A stretch of DNA of 62,982 nt, the filler included, from Chiloscyllium plagiosum (taxonomy: Eukaryota): assembly GCF_004010195.1 (NCBI RefSeq). It is 4 parts of one record of this genome, joined end to end, with 100 filler letters (N's around TTAATTAATTAA, not from the genome) between each part and the next. Parts side by side here need not be neighbours in the genome. Positions count along the whole stretch, not along the records: positions 1 to 19,677 come from NC_057711.1; 3 more parts are not named here. One strand, 5' to 3'. The notes beneath the pieces were generated by a model. The model was not told the DNA's origin. It ran no database searches and was given only the letters and a program-made list of their open reading frames with translations. A program made the translations under genes and the position numbers. Below are positions 1 to 11,420 of the stretch, one piece after another. The stretch's first letter is position 1. Each line of letters opens with the position of its first letter.

Positions 1-178
1 CACTGCAAATTTTTGCTATAAATTCTGTGTTACGATCGAGCCCTCCACAATCACCTGATGAAGGAGCGTCGCTCCGAAAGCTAGTGTGCTTCCAATTAAA
101 CCTGTTGGACTATAACCTGGTGTTGTGTGATTTTTACCTTTGTACACTCCAGTCCAACACCGGCATCTCCGAATCATG
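1..178 (+). mobile_element. Penelope-like element 3' end (pseudo-LTR)
   Basis: Same sequence family as the arms of the GIY-YIG-containing PLEs at 3055-4167 and 13024-14610 (aaacctgttggactataacctggtgttgtgtgattttt). Confidence 0.8.
52..86 (+). ncRNA. Minimal type I hammerhead ribozyme motif (PLE-associated)
   Basis: Reads cac-CUGAUGA-a-GGAGC-guc-GCUCC-GAAA-gc-UA-gug. Core boxes are intact, stem II is 5 bp, stem III is the palindrome AGCU and stem I is 3 bp (cac/gug). Confidence 0.75.
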
Positions 179-292
179 TGTTATTCATGACATTGACAGG
201 AAACACAGGTCTGTTAGCTTAACATTGTCATTAAGAAAATGTTGGAATCTATTATTAAGAGTTTATAGCACAATGCATTAAATGTCTCAAGG

Positions 293-1039
293 GTCCAGAT
301 TAGAGTGGTGCTGGAAAAGCACAGTTGGTCAGGCAGTATCTGAGCAGGAAAATCGACATTTCGGGCAAAAGCCCTTCATCAGGACATATACCCGACATAT
401 GCTTTTGCCCGAAACGTGGACTCTCCTGCTCCTCGGATGCTGCCTGACCTGCTATGCTTTTCCAGTACCACTCTAATCTAGAGTCTGACTTCCAGCATCT
501 CGAAAGATGTTGTGAAACTTGAAAGTGTTCAGAAAAGATTTACAAGGCTGTTGCCAGGGTTGGAGAATTTGAGCTATAGGGAGAGGCTGAACAGGCTGGG
601 GCTGTTTTCACTGCAGCATCGGAGGCTGAGGGAAGACCTATAGAGGTTTACAAAATTATGAGGGGCATGGATAGAGTAAATAGGCAAAGTCTTTTCCCTG
701 GGATCGGGGAGTCCAGAACTAGAGGGCATAGGTTTAGGGTGAGAAGGGAAAGATATAAAAGAGACCTAAGGAGCAACTTTTTCACGCACAGGGTAGTATG
801 TGTATGGAATAAGCTGCCAGAGGAAGTGGTGGAGGCTGGTACAATTGCAACATTTAAGAGGCATTTGGATGGGTATATGAATAGGAAGGGTTTGGAGGGA
901 TATGGGCTGGGTGCTGGCAGGTGGGACTAGATTGGGTTGGGATATCTGGTCAGCATGGACAGGTTGGACTGAAGAGTCTGTTTCCATGCTGTAACGTCTC
1001 TGTGACTCTATGACTATCTGCAGTCCTCACTTTTGCCTA
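293..1039. mobile_element. Foldback PLE-end element with 13-bp TSD, interrupted by a CR1 3' end
   Basis: 297-372 and 401-480 are inverted copies of a PLE end. The direct repeat aaatgtctcaagg lies at 280-292 and 1040-1052. Confidence 0.75.
503..1015 (+). mobile_element. CR1/HER1-type LINE 3' end
   Basis: ORF2 C-terminus (RTRGHRFRVR...FFTHRVVCVWNKLPEEVVEAGT) followed by a tgactcta-type tail. Nested in the PLE tail between two atct copies. Confidence 0.9.
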
Positions 1040-1074
1040 AAATGTCTCAAGGTAAACAGGCATTCAGGTCGGTT

Positions 1075-2590
1075 TTGTGAAAGGGAAATTGATTTTGACT
1101 ATATTATTAAAGTTCTTTGCAGAAGTAACAAGCAACATGGATTAAGGGGAATTTGTGGATGTGGTGAACTCAAATTATCGGAATGCTTTTCACAAGGTGT
1201 CACATGAATGGTTACTGCTTGTGGTAACATATTACATAGAACATAGAAGAATACAGCGCAGTACAGGCCCTTTGGCCCTCGATGTTGCGCCGATCCAAGC
1301 CCACCTAACCTATACTACAACAGAAGTGAGACTCACCGGCCTATAGTTACTAGAAACTATCCATATTAGCATGGAGAGAGGAATGGTTAGGTACCAGGCA
1401 ACAGACAGTATGACTAAATAGGTCAATTTTAGATTGGCAAGATGTAACCAATGGGGTGGCACAGGGATCAATGCTGGGGCTTCGACTATCTCCAATCTAT
1501 ATAAATGACATGGATAAAGGGACAAGTGTATAGTTGCTAATTTGCTGATGATCCAAAGATAGGTCGGAACGTCAGTTTTGAGAAGGGTACAATCCATTTA
1601 CATCTCTTTGTACGCTGCTTCAGCAAGTGAACAGCTGGAGTATAACTGATCCAACATTCAACTGATAATAAAAGGTCAGTGAATTTGCATACAGATCGGA
1701 TAGTTAAAAGAGTACACTGTTGTCAATGCACAGCATTCCTTGACACAAAAGCAGACTGAAAATAGTACTGTTATTACAATCTATATTCTGAGACTGACAC
1801 TGGTGCCTACAGGTTAAATAATTGGGCAAAAGGTTGGCAAATTGAATACAATGTGGAAAAATTCAAAGTTGTTCATTTTGGAGGGGAAAACAGAAGGACA
1901 GAATATTATTGAAATGGAGAAAAATTGCAGAAAGTTGCAACACTTGGGGTACTTGTGTACAAGACACAGAGAGCTAGTACACAGGTGCAGCAGGTAATCA
2001 GGAAGGTGAATGAAATGCTGGCCCTTATGTCAAGGGGGTTGGAGTAGAAGAGAAAGGAAGTCTTACTGCAACTGTATATGGTGCTGGTGAGACCATGGCT
2101 GGAGTACCAGGAGCAGTTTTGGTCCCCTTGTTTAAGGAAAGGTATCATTTCATTGGAGACAGTTCAGAGGAGATTCAGGTGAATAATCCCTGGTATGGAG
2201 GGATTGTTTTATGAGCAAAGCTGACACAGAGTGGGACTTCTGAAGAATGAGAGATGATCTCACTGAAATATATTGGATTCTCAAAGGGCTTGACTGGGTA
2301 AACGCTGAGAGGATGTATTCCCTCATAGAACATACGGCAATGTCTCAGAATAAAAGGGCACCAATTTAAGGCTGAGGTGAGGAGGAATTTCTTCTTCGAG
2401 GTTTGTGGGGCAGGGTCCCTGTGTATATTTAAGGCTGAGATAGATTCTTGTTCAATCAGGGGAATCAAGGTTTGCAGCAAAATGGATGCAAGGAATGTGC
2501 AATCAGTCATGATTCGATTGAACAGAGGAGTAGGTTCAAGGGGCCAACAGCCTACTCCTGTTCCAATTGCTTATGGTCTATGTAACTACA
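1075..2590 (+). mobile_element. Old degenerate CR1 ORF2 fragments
   Basis: Decayed RT motifs (AFHKVSH, GVAQGSMLG, FADD-like, LVRPWLEY) and a 3' tail near 2560-2590. Confidence 0.75.
1235..1361 (-). mobile_element. Mini CR1-derived chimera, copy 1 (NYRPVSLTSV segment + 3' tail)
   Basis: Flanked by direct repeat catatta (1228-1234, 1362-1368). Nearly identical to 55771-55897. Confidence 0.8.
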
Positions 2591-3054
2591 TGTCACTAAT
2601 AACTGAAAGCAGATCAAACAGTTGCCTTATGTTTGACAGGTGGCAAAGTATAAGTGGTGCTGCAGGGATAGTAGGTTTTATGTCAAATCTATCCCACCAT
2701 ACTCCAACTTTGCTAAGACTACCAGGAGGTGGAACAAAGTTTGAACTGTAATTGGCCATTGATATTGCCTGAGCTTTCCGATCTAATGGTGAACAGTTGT
2801 TAAAAGTATTATTGGAGTTGATGGCACAGTTGTGTACCTGGTTCACTGAATGACGGACCATGAGAAGAAAGTTCATTACAGCTACTGCCAGCTGGATATA
2901 GAAGGATCTGCCATTATAGTTGGTAACATCTTAACAACTGGAGCCAAACCAAATGAAGCCCACTCCAACACATTACTGAAGCAAGACACAGTGAGTGGAC
3001 TTTTCTGAGGAATCAGCAACAGTAGGATTATGCTGGAATATGCAAATCTTTGCA

Positions 3055-4167
3055 CAATGTGGAGGTGCTGGTTTTGTACTGGGGTGGACAAGGTCAAAAA
3101 TCAGACAACATAGTCCAACAGGTTTATTTGAAATCACAGGCTTTCGAAGCGATGGTCCTTCATCAGGTGAAGTGAGAGAGAAGCACACAGATGCAGAATT
3201 AATAGGCAGAGAGATCAAGGACAGAGAGATCAAAAGGTCATACAACTGCCGTGAGTGGAATGTCAAAAATTAAGTCTCTCCGAATGATCAAAAGTGTCAG
3301 TCTGCGTAAAGTGTCAACAGCTGAATTACAAGCGTAGGGATGACCTATAATTCAATTAAATAAGGCAGAGTACATGGTGGATTACTCATGCGACTCAGCC
3401 AATGTTGTCTATCTCATACACACAGGCAAGGATGCCCTGAGGCATGGTATATTGGCGAGATCATGCAGGAATGTTCCCTCTCAATTGGGGAACACTTCAG
3501 CGATCAGACATTCAGCTTTGATCCTTGGGCAAGTGTCCTCCAAGGTGGTCTTTGGGATATACAACAATGCAGAATTGCCAAGCAGAAACTGATAGCTAAG
3601 TCCTGTACCCATGAAGACAGCCTCAACAGGTGATCTAGGGTTCATGTTATGCTACATGAGACCCTACCACACTGTACTGCAACTGTAAAATCTTCCTTAC
3701 TGTCCTATTTTAACACCATCACCTTGATTAATTGTTATGATCTTTCTAATTTAATTAGTTTTTACAGTTTTGGATGACTTGTCACTTTGGTTAGACCCTT
3801 GGCATGTAACTACCATGTTATTCCAGTCAATTAGTTTGTCTCCAACACCATCTGATTTTTAATCTTTCGTAATTATTTCTCTTCTCATTTAATCAGATTA
3901 TAGGTCATCTCTTTGCTTGTAATTCATCTGTTGACACTTACTCATATGGCCTGACATACACTTAATCACTTGCAGAGACCCATTATTCAGCCTGTCAACA
4001 CTCCACTAACACATCTTTTGATTGTTCTGCCCTATTGATCTCCCTGCCTATAAATTCTACATCTGTGTGCTTCTCTCTCACTTCACCTGACAAAGGGGCA
4101 ACGCTCCAAAAGCTTGTAATTTCAAATAAACCAACTGGACTATAACCTGGTGTCATCTGATTTCTGA
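3055..4167 (+). mobile_element. Penelope-like element with inverted arms and GIY-YIG endonuclease remnant
   Basis: 3374-3660 encodes YSCDSANVVYLI / RQGCPEAWYIGE / RIAKQKLIAK..THEDSLNR. 3060-3370 is the reverse complement of ~3870-4167. A 13-bp TSD gcaaatctttgca lies at 3042-3054 and 4168-4180. Confidence 0.85.
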
Positions 4168-4585
4168 GCAAATCTTTGCAAGGACTGACCTCCTACTCTC
4201 TGTAGGCCCGAAAATGAGTAATTGTTGCACTTAGTAACCAGTTACTTTCATTCTTATTGTGAATTGCCTGCCTATTCTGCTCACCCATCCATGATCCTTA
4301 GCAGCCAATTTGTATAACATTAAAAATCACAACACCAGGTTATAGTCCAACAGGTTTATTTGGATGTACTAGCTTTTGGGGCACTGCTCCTTCAACAGGT
4401 GGTTGCGGAGTATAAGGCCGTAAGACACAGAATTTATAGCAAAAGTTTACAGTGAATGAAAATTACATGCCCAGCATATAATTGCTGGAAAGTGCTGCAC
4501 CAAACATTTTGCTCATGTTTTTATCAATATTGCTTTTACGGAAAATAACACAAACATTCTTGGAAAGCCCCAGACCCAAGTGGAC

Positions 4586-6190
4586 ACAGAGTCACAGAGT
4601 CACAGAGATGTACAGCATGGAAACAGACTCTTCGGTCCAACCTGTCCATGCCGACCAGATATCCCAACCCAATCTAGTACCACCTGCCAGCACCCAACCC
4701 ATATCCCTCCAAACCCTTCCTATTCATATACCCATCCAGATGCCTCTTAAATGTTGCAATTGTACCAGCCTCCACCACTTCCTCTGGCAGCTCATTTGTA
4801 AACCTCTATAAGGTCACCCCTCAGCCTCCGACACTCTAGGGAAAACAGCCCTATTCTGTTCAGCCTCTCCCTGTAGCTCAGTTCCTCCAACCTTGGCAAC
4901 ATCCATGTAAATCTTTTCTGAACCCTTTCAAGTTTCACAACATCTTTCTGATAGGAAGGAGACCAGAATTGCACGCAATATTCCAACAGTGGCCTAACCA
5001 ATGTCCTGTACAGCCGCAACATGANNNNNNNNNNNNNNNNNNNNNNNNNNNNNNNNNNNNNNNNNNNNNNNNNNNNNNNNNNNNNNNNNNNNNNNNNNNN
5101 NNNNNNNNNNNNNNNNNNNNNNNNNNNNNNNNNNNNNNNNNNNNNNNNNNNNNNNNNNNNNNNNNNNNNNNNNNNNNNNNNNNNNNNNNNNNNNNNNNNN
5201 NNNNNNNNNNNNNNNNNNNNNNNNNNNNNNNNNNNNNNNNNNNNNNNNNNNNNNNNNNNNNNNNNNNNNNNNNNNNNNNNNNNNNNNNNNNNNNNNNNNN
5301 NNNNNNNNNNNNNNNNNNNNNNNNNNNNNNNNNNNNNNNNNNNNNNNNNNNNNNNNNNNNNNNNNNNNNNNNNNNNNNNNNNNNNNNNNNNNNNNNNNNN
5401 NNNNNNNNNNNNNNNNNNNNNNNNNNNNNNNNNNNNNNNNNNNNNNNNNNNNNNNNNNNNNNNNNNNNNNNNNNNNNCACCACCCTCTGTCTTCTACCTT
5501 TGAGCCAGTTCTGTATCCAAATGGCTAGTTCTCCCTGTATTCCATGAGGTCTAACCTTGCTAATCAGTCTCCCATGGGGAACCTTGTCGAACACCTTACT
5601 GAAGTCCATATAGATCACATCTACTGCTCTGCCCTCTCAATCTTCTTTGTTACTTCTTCAAAAAACTCAATCAAGTTTGTGAGACATGATTTCCCATGCA
5701 CAAAGCCATGTTGACTATCCCGAATCAGTCCTTGCCTTTCCAAATACATGTACATCCTGTCCCTCAGGATTCCCTCCAACAACTTGCCCCCACCGACATC
5801 AGGCTCACTGATCTATAGTTCCTGGCTTGTCGTTACCACCCTTCTTAAACAGTGGCACGACGTTTGCCAACCTCCAGTCTTCCAGCACCTCACCTGTGAC
5901 TATCGATGATACAAATATCTCAGCAAGAGGCCCAGCAATCACTTCTCTAGCTTCCCAGAGTTCTCAGGTACACCTGATCAGGTCCTGGGGATTTATCCAC
6001 TTTTAACCATTTCACGACATCCAGCACTTCCTCCTCTGTAATATGGACATTTTGCAAGATGTCACCATCTATTTCCCTACAATCTAGATCTTCCATATCC
6101 TTTTCCACAGTAAATACTGATGCAAAATATTCATTTAGTATCTCCCCCATTTTCTGTGACTCCACACAAAGGCCGCCTTGCTGATCTTTG
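4586..6190 (-). mobile_element. CR1 LINE, 5'-truncated, spans an N-gap
   Basis: RT motifs YMDFSKVFDKVPHGRL, LVRPLLEYCVQFWSP and DKSPGPD, with the tail at 4586-4610. Confidence 0.92.
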
Positions 6191-6729
6191 ATGTTAAATG
6201 GAACATGGTATATTATTAAATCTCTGCTCTTTTGTCATTCCATTATGCCTAGTGAATTGGTACATGGGGGAAGGGGGGAACTAACAGCAAGGAAACTGCT
6301 CTGATTATGTGTTGAGTCTTTTTATCACCACTGCTTTAGCTCATCAATTCTTTCGTAAATGCTGACAGATGTGTAAACACAGAATAAACTTGTGGTGCCA
6401 CTGGTTTGTGGGAAGTTCACCACAGTGATGTGTTAGTCACAGAAGTCACAAAACATTTTGTCTACAAGGTATCCTTGAAGGAGCTGATTTTGCAAGCTGA
6501 TAGAAAAGTGATTTGTGCTTTGGTCTATAAATTTGCAGGATGAGGAAATCAGTCAGACTTTGTGAAAATACAAATATACCAAACTCAGCCGTTTCTTCTT
6601 TGTGGTTCCAATACTATAACACACAAATACGAATAAGACTGAGTACCCATCATTTCCCTGATAAGTGTGTGTGGGAACTACTATTAACACTATTCAAAAT
6701 CCACAAATAAATATTTGCACTTTGGATTA

Positions 6730-7330
6730 AGAGAAACTAAATTAAGATTTAGTGCTGATAGCAGAACTATGGTAATCTGAGAAACAACGCAGGAAATTCA
6801 GATTGATTGGTGGATTAGTTACAGTTTGCAGATGCAGTTCAATACAGTGAATCATACAGGTTATTTTTAAATAAAAGGAAATATACTCTAAATGGTAACA
6901 CTAGACTTAACGTGTGGAAGTCTAAAGAAACATAGGAATACAAATACATAGACACTTAAAGTCAGGAGTACAAGTAATAAAGCTTATATAAAGACTAACC
7001 GTACTCTGAATTAATGCATAAACAATGAATACAAAGTCAAAATATGAAAGTTTGAATTGCCACCAATACATTAGTTAGTCTAAAGTTGGAGTATTGAATG
7101 GAATTTTGTGCAGTCCATTTTAAGATTAGAGCCATGACAGATTACAGAATAATTAACTTTGGTTATGTCAGAATGAGAGGTCAGAGTCATTCAGAAAAGC
7201 TTGCAAATTAATATTTCAGTCATGAGCAGAGACTAGAGGAGGTTCCACTGGATTGTTTTCCCAGATCATTTAGGTTTTTGCATGAATGAATAGTAAAATG
7301 CTGGGATAAATCTTTGTTTTTGTCTTGCAA
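6730..7330 (+). mobile_element. Ancient CR1-like remnant
   Basis: Heavily decayed similarity to CR1 ORF2 (cagatgcagttcaat; ctaaagttggagtattg). Confidence 0.5.
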
Positions 7331-7594
7331 GAAAAATATCAGGCAGGTTCCATTATGAGTATTTGGGCTTCTATCTGTGAAAAGGCCTATTTGACATGGA
7401 TGGAGATCTGATCAATGATCATGCGATGGAGGAAACACCTTCAGGAGATTTTTCAAAATGAAATGAACGGTCCATCCCTCAGCAAGGCTATGTGTGAACA
7501 TGACCATGTTTCTAGCTTTAATCTTTCCTATTGAGTTCCTACCAGGAAGGAAGAACTTTGAATAGGCAGCTGAGCTAAATCGCTGGAATTTAGA

Positions 7595-7899
7595 TTGGAT
7601 TAGATTCCCTACAGAATGGAAACAGGCCCTTCATTCCAACAAGTCCATACTGACCCTCCAAAGAGTAACCCACCCAGACCCATTCCCCACATTCACCCTG
7701 ACTACGGGCAATTTAGCATGACCAATTAAACTAACCTGCACATCTTTGGACTGTGAGAGGAAACCGGAGCACCCAAAGGAAACCCACACAGACACAGGGA
7801 GAATGCGCAAACTCCACACAGTCAGTCACCCAAGGCAAGAATCAAACCTGGGTCCTTGGTGCTGTGAGGCAGCAATGCTAACCACTGAGCGGCACGGTG
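7595..7899 (-). mobile_element. HE1-type V-SINE (tRNA-derived)
   Basis: Reverse complement of the SINE at 38770-39089. Confidence 0.88.
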
Positions 7900-9780
7900 G
7901 AAGTTATATTCAGCAGACCGAATACAAGGTCACAAAATTCATGGTTACGTGCTATATGTTGGTTAGTGGATGCAGAATTTGAGGCAGTTTTCTGCCCACA
8001 GTGAAAACTTTCTTTAGCATGGTCCAGGCACTTCTTATTTACGTCCCATCATATCCATTCCTAGTCATCACAGCAGGCAATTCACAACAGCAAGGTAAAA
8101 CTGAAAGCCATGTTGCCAATTCTTCTAACAATATCCATTGCAGAGCGACGTGTTCAATATCTTGCATTTTTCCAAACAATCTGTTTTGGTATCTTTGACT
8201 ACAGAATTTCCACTCTATGAAATGGTCGCAATGTACTGTCCTGAGATTTCTACCAATAACGTTTACACAAATCACACTATCTGTGACATTTGAGATGTGA
8301 ACAAAGCCAAGCAGATAAACAATTGTAAAGACTCACCCTGTTGGAAGGATTGTAGCCCTTGAAAATTGTCAGTTCAAGTCACTTTAAAAGACAATGCTGA
8401 ATAAAATTCCAGTGCCAGTGAGTTTAGAGGTTAACTAGTTCTATTCTCAGACAAACAATGAGTCGGTTATGAGATAATGTACAAATTGTGAACCCAAATA
8501 ATAAAGCATATTCAGTGTTCATTCATATAATGCTCCTTTACTTTGAAGCAACACATCTTTTGTAGCTTGCCTACACACAGAATCCTCTGCCTGATGTTCA
8601 GAAATCTGCAGCTCAGATGTGGAATTGCAATTGAAAGACTACACTTTTTCCAGTCCACATAGTGAAATTTTGCCTCATTTTCTCCTTGAAGGCAGACTTT
8701 ATAATGGGCAGGTTTCCCAGTAAAAGTAGTTCCAGGTGGGACACATTATGTAGAGAACTTGGTTGTAAAGAAAATATTGTTGTAAGCAACAATTTTAAGT
8801 AGGTGACCCACTTGGGACCTCTTTTATTGGGAAACCTGTTATTAGTAAAATCAGAATCCGCAAGCAGAGATGGAAAATGTCATTATCTATGTTGTGATGC
8901 AAAGACCAAAGACAAGAATACACAAATAAACAAAAAAATACATTTTTGGGGGCTGCACTTTTGAAGTGGTGACGGTTTTTTTGGGTGTTACATTCTGAAA
9001 GGGTTTTTTCTGAGGTGTGCATTAAACACTGCCCAATATGATGTCAAAAACATTTGTGTGGGCACAGCTCTGGATCTTGAAGATCAAAGATCCACCACCT
9101 AGATCTCCCACAATCTGACAAGCAAAACCACATCTTGCTTAAGACAAGAGCTTTTTCTTGTTAAGATCATCAAATGATTATCCTCTAGACACTCTATCCC
9201 CTACTAAAAAAATGGATGGTAGCAGTAAATCTACCTGATTGATGAGTTTTCAGATTGACGATCCATTGTAAAACATAGTGAGCAAAGATGATTTGAGCGA
9301 CTGTTAATACAAGGTCAGGCACAGTCGTGGATTCAAAATTCTCCCTCTTATGTTCACCCACAGTTCCCTCACTCCAGACCTTCTGATCACCAGCCTATCC
9401 CCTAAAATGAAACTGTTCCCTTGACTCCATAGGCTTTCAATGATCTCTTTATCCTCATTCGACAAGCTGCATATCAGGACACATTTAGAAGTGGCTGTTT
9501 GCTGATTTTGTGTTAAATATATTGAGTAATATGGCTCTGTCCATCAGGAAGTTCATAGGCATGCTCCACCTTGGTGTGTGTGAAAATGGGGTCATATGAA
9601 AACCAGTGCTTAGGTCCTATTGTATTGACATCAGTGAAGGGTTGAGGTATGTTCATAAATTTTGGACTATCAGGAGCTCTTAAATATTGCTTAATTGAGA
9701 AATAATTTCCATTGTACTACTTACACTTTCATAACAAAAGAAAATAATAAAAATACATCTTTGTCCCATCATTGCCACTC

Positions 9781-10396
9781 GGCAGAATTTAATTTCAATC
9801 TGACAGATTCAGGCGAGACTGGAAGGCAGAGCTATAGAAATAGGAGATGATGGGAGTTCATTCACTCAAGTGTGGTATTTTGAGGATGGCCTACCCTACC
9901 AACGCCTTGCAGTGGGAGGCTCCCCAATAAAAGCTGATGGCTTTACGGTAGAATTAGTAAGGTGGGAGGGTATCCTCAACAGGCACCCTGTCACTCACAC
10001 AGGAATCCTAGGAACTGGAGTAGGTCATTCAGCCCCTCGTGCCTGGCTGAGAGCCCAGCCCTGAGGTTCTCCACAATACCTCTGACCATCCCATCACCCA
10101 TCATCCATCACCACCCATCCTGCCACTGGAATAAGCCCAGCTCACTCACGCGTGCTCCAGGGTCGTCTTCCTCCATGGAAGAACAGCACCAGACCTTACT
10201 GCAGTATCAATTCGACTTGATTAGCAGCTTTTGAGGGCAAACATTTTTTCATCTTTAAAAGCAGGAAAGGCCTGACAGCAATTATTCAATCTCCTAACTG
10301 ACAGGTAACCTGTCAAACTTTCCAAATTGGCCATGGTAGAGTTGCCACTGCCTTTCTAATCATAGGTAGAGCTACCAAAGTTATTAAATTCAACCC
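9781..10396. mobile_element. Possible Harbinger-like non-autonomous DNA element
   Basis: Ends ggcagaattt... and ...aaattcaaccc are imperfect inverted termini. Family assignment is by recollection only. Confidence 0.35.
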
Positions 10397-10524
10397 ACTC
10401 AAGCTAATATCATGAAAGCTCATACTCTCTAAAAGGACCTCATTTAAATATATTTGTGCCCTTCCTTGGAACCAGAAATGTCGATACTAGTGTCTCTACA
10501 AAGATTATCCTAATCATAGGAGCT

Positions 10525-11420
10525 ATGGTTAGTAAATTTGCAGATGACACCAAAATTGGAGGTGTAGTGGACAATGAAGAAGATTAGCTCAGAATACAAT
10601 GAGACATTGACCAGAAGGGCCAATGGGCTGGGGAGTAGCAAATGGAGTTTAATTTAGATAAATGTGAGGTGTTGCATTTTGGAAAGGCAAATCAGGGCAG
10701 GACTTATACACTTAATGGTAAGATCCTGGGGAGTGTTGCTGAACAAAGAGACCTTGGAGTGTAGGTTCATAGTTCCTTGAAAGTGGGATCACAGGCAGAC
10801 AGGGTAGGGAAAAGGCGTTTGACACACTTGCCTTCAAAGGTCAGAACATTCGGTCTAGAAGTTGGGATGACATGTTGCAGCTGTACAGACATTAGTGAGG
10901 CCATGTTTAGAGTACTGCGTTCAATTCTGGCCTTCCTGCTATAGGAAAGATGTTGTTACACTTGAAAGGGACTCAGAAAAGGTTTATAATGATGTTGCCA
11001 AGATTAGAGGGTTTGAGCTAGAGGGAGAGGCTGAATAGGCTGGGACTGTTTTCCCTGGTGTGTTAGAGGCTGAAAGATGACCCTATGGAGGTTTATTAAA
11101 TCATGAGGGGCATAGGTAGGGTGAATAGCCAAGATAGTTTTCCCAAACTAGAGAGCATAGGTTTAAAGAGAGAGGGGAAAGATTAAAAAAAGGACCTGAG
11201 GACCTGAGTGGCGTGTGTATGGAATGAACTGCCAGAGGAAGTGGTGGAGGCTGGTACACTTACAACATTTAAACATCATCTGGATGGGTAAATGAATAGG
11301 AAGGGTTTAGAGGGATATGGGCCAAATACTGGCAAATGGGATTAGACCAGTTTAGGATATCTGGTCGGTGTGGACAAATTGCACTGAAATTTGCTGTATA
11401 ACTCTTCGATTCTAACACTC
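10525..11420 (+). mobile_element. CR1 LINE 3' end
   Basis: Runs from SKFADDTKIGGVVD through the ORF2 C-terminus and tail. Confidence 0.9.
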
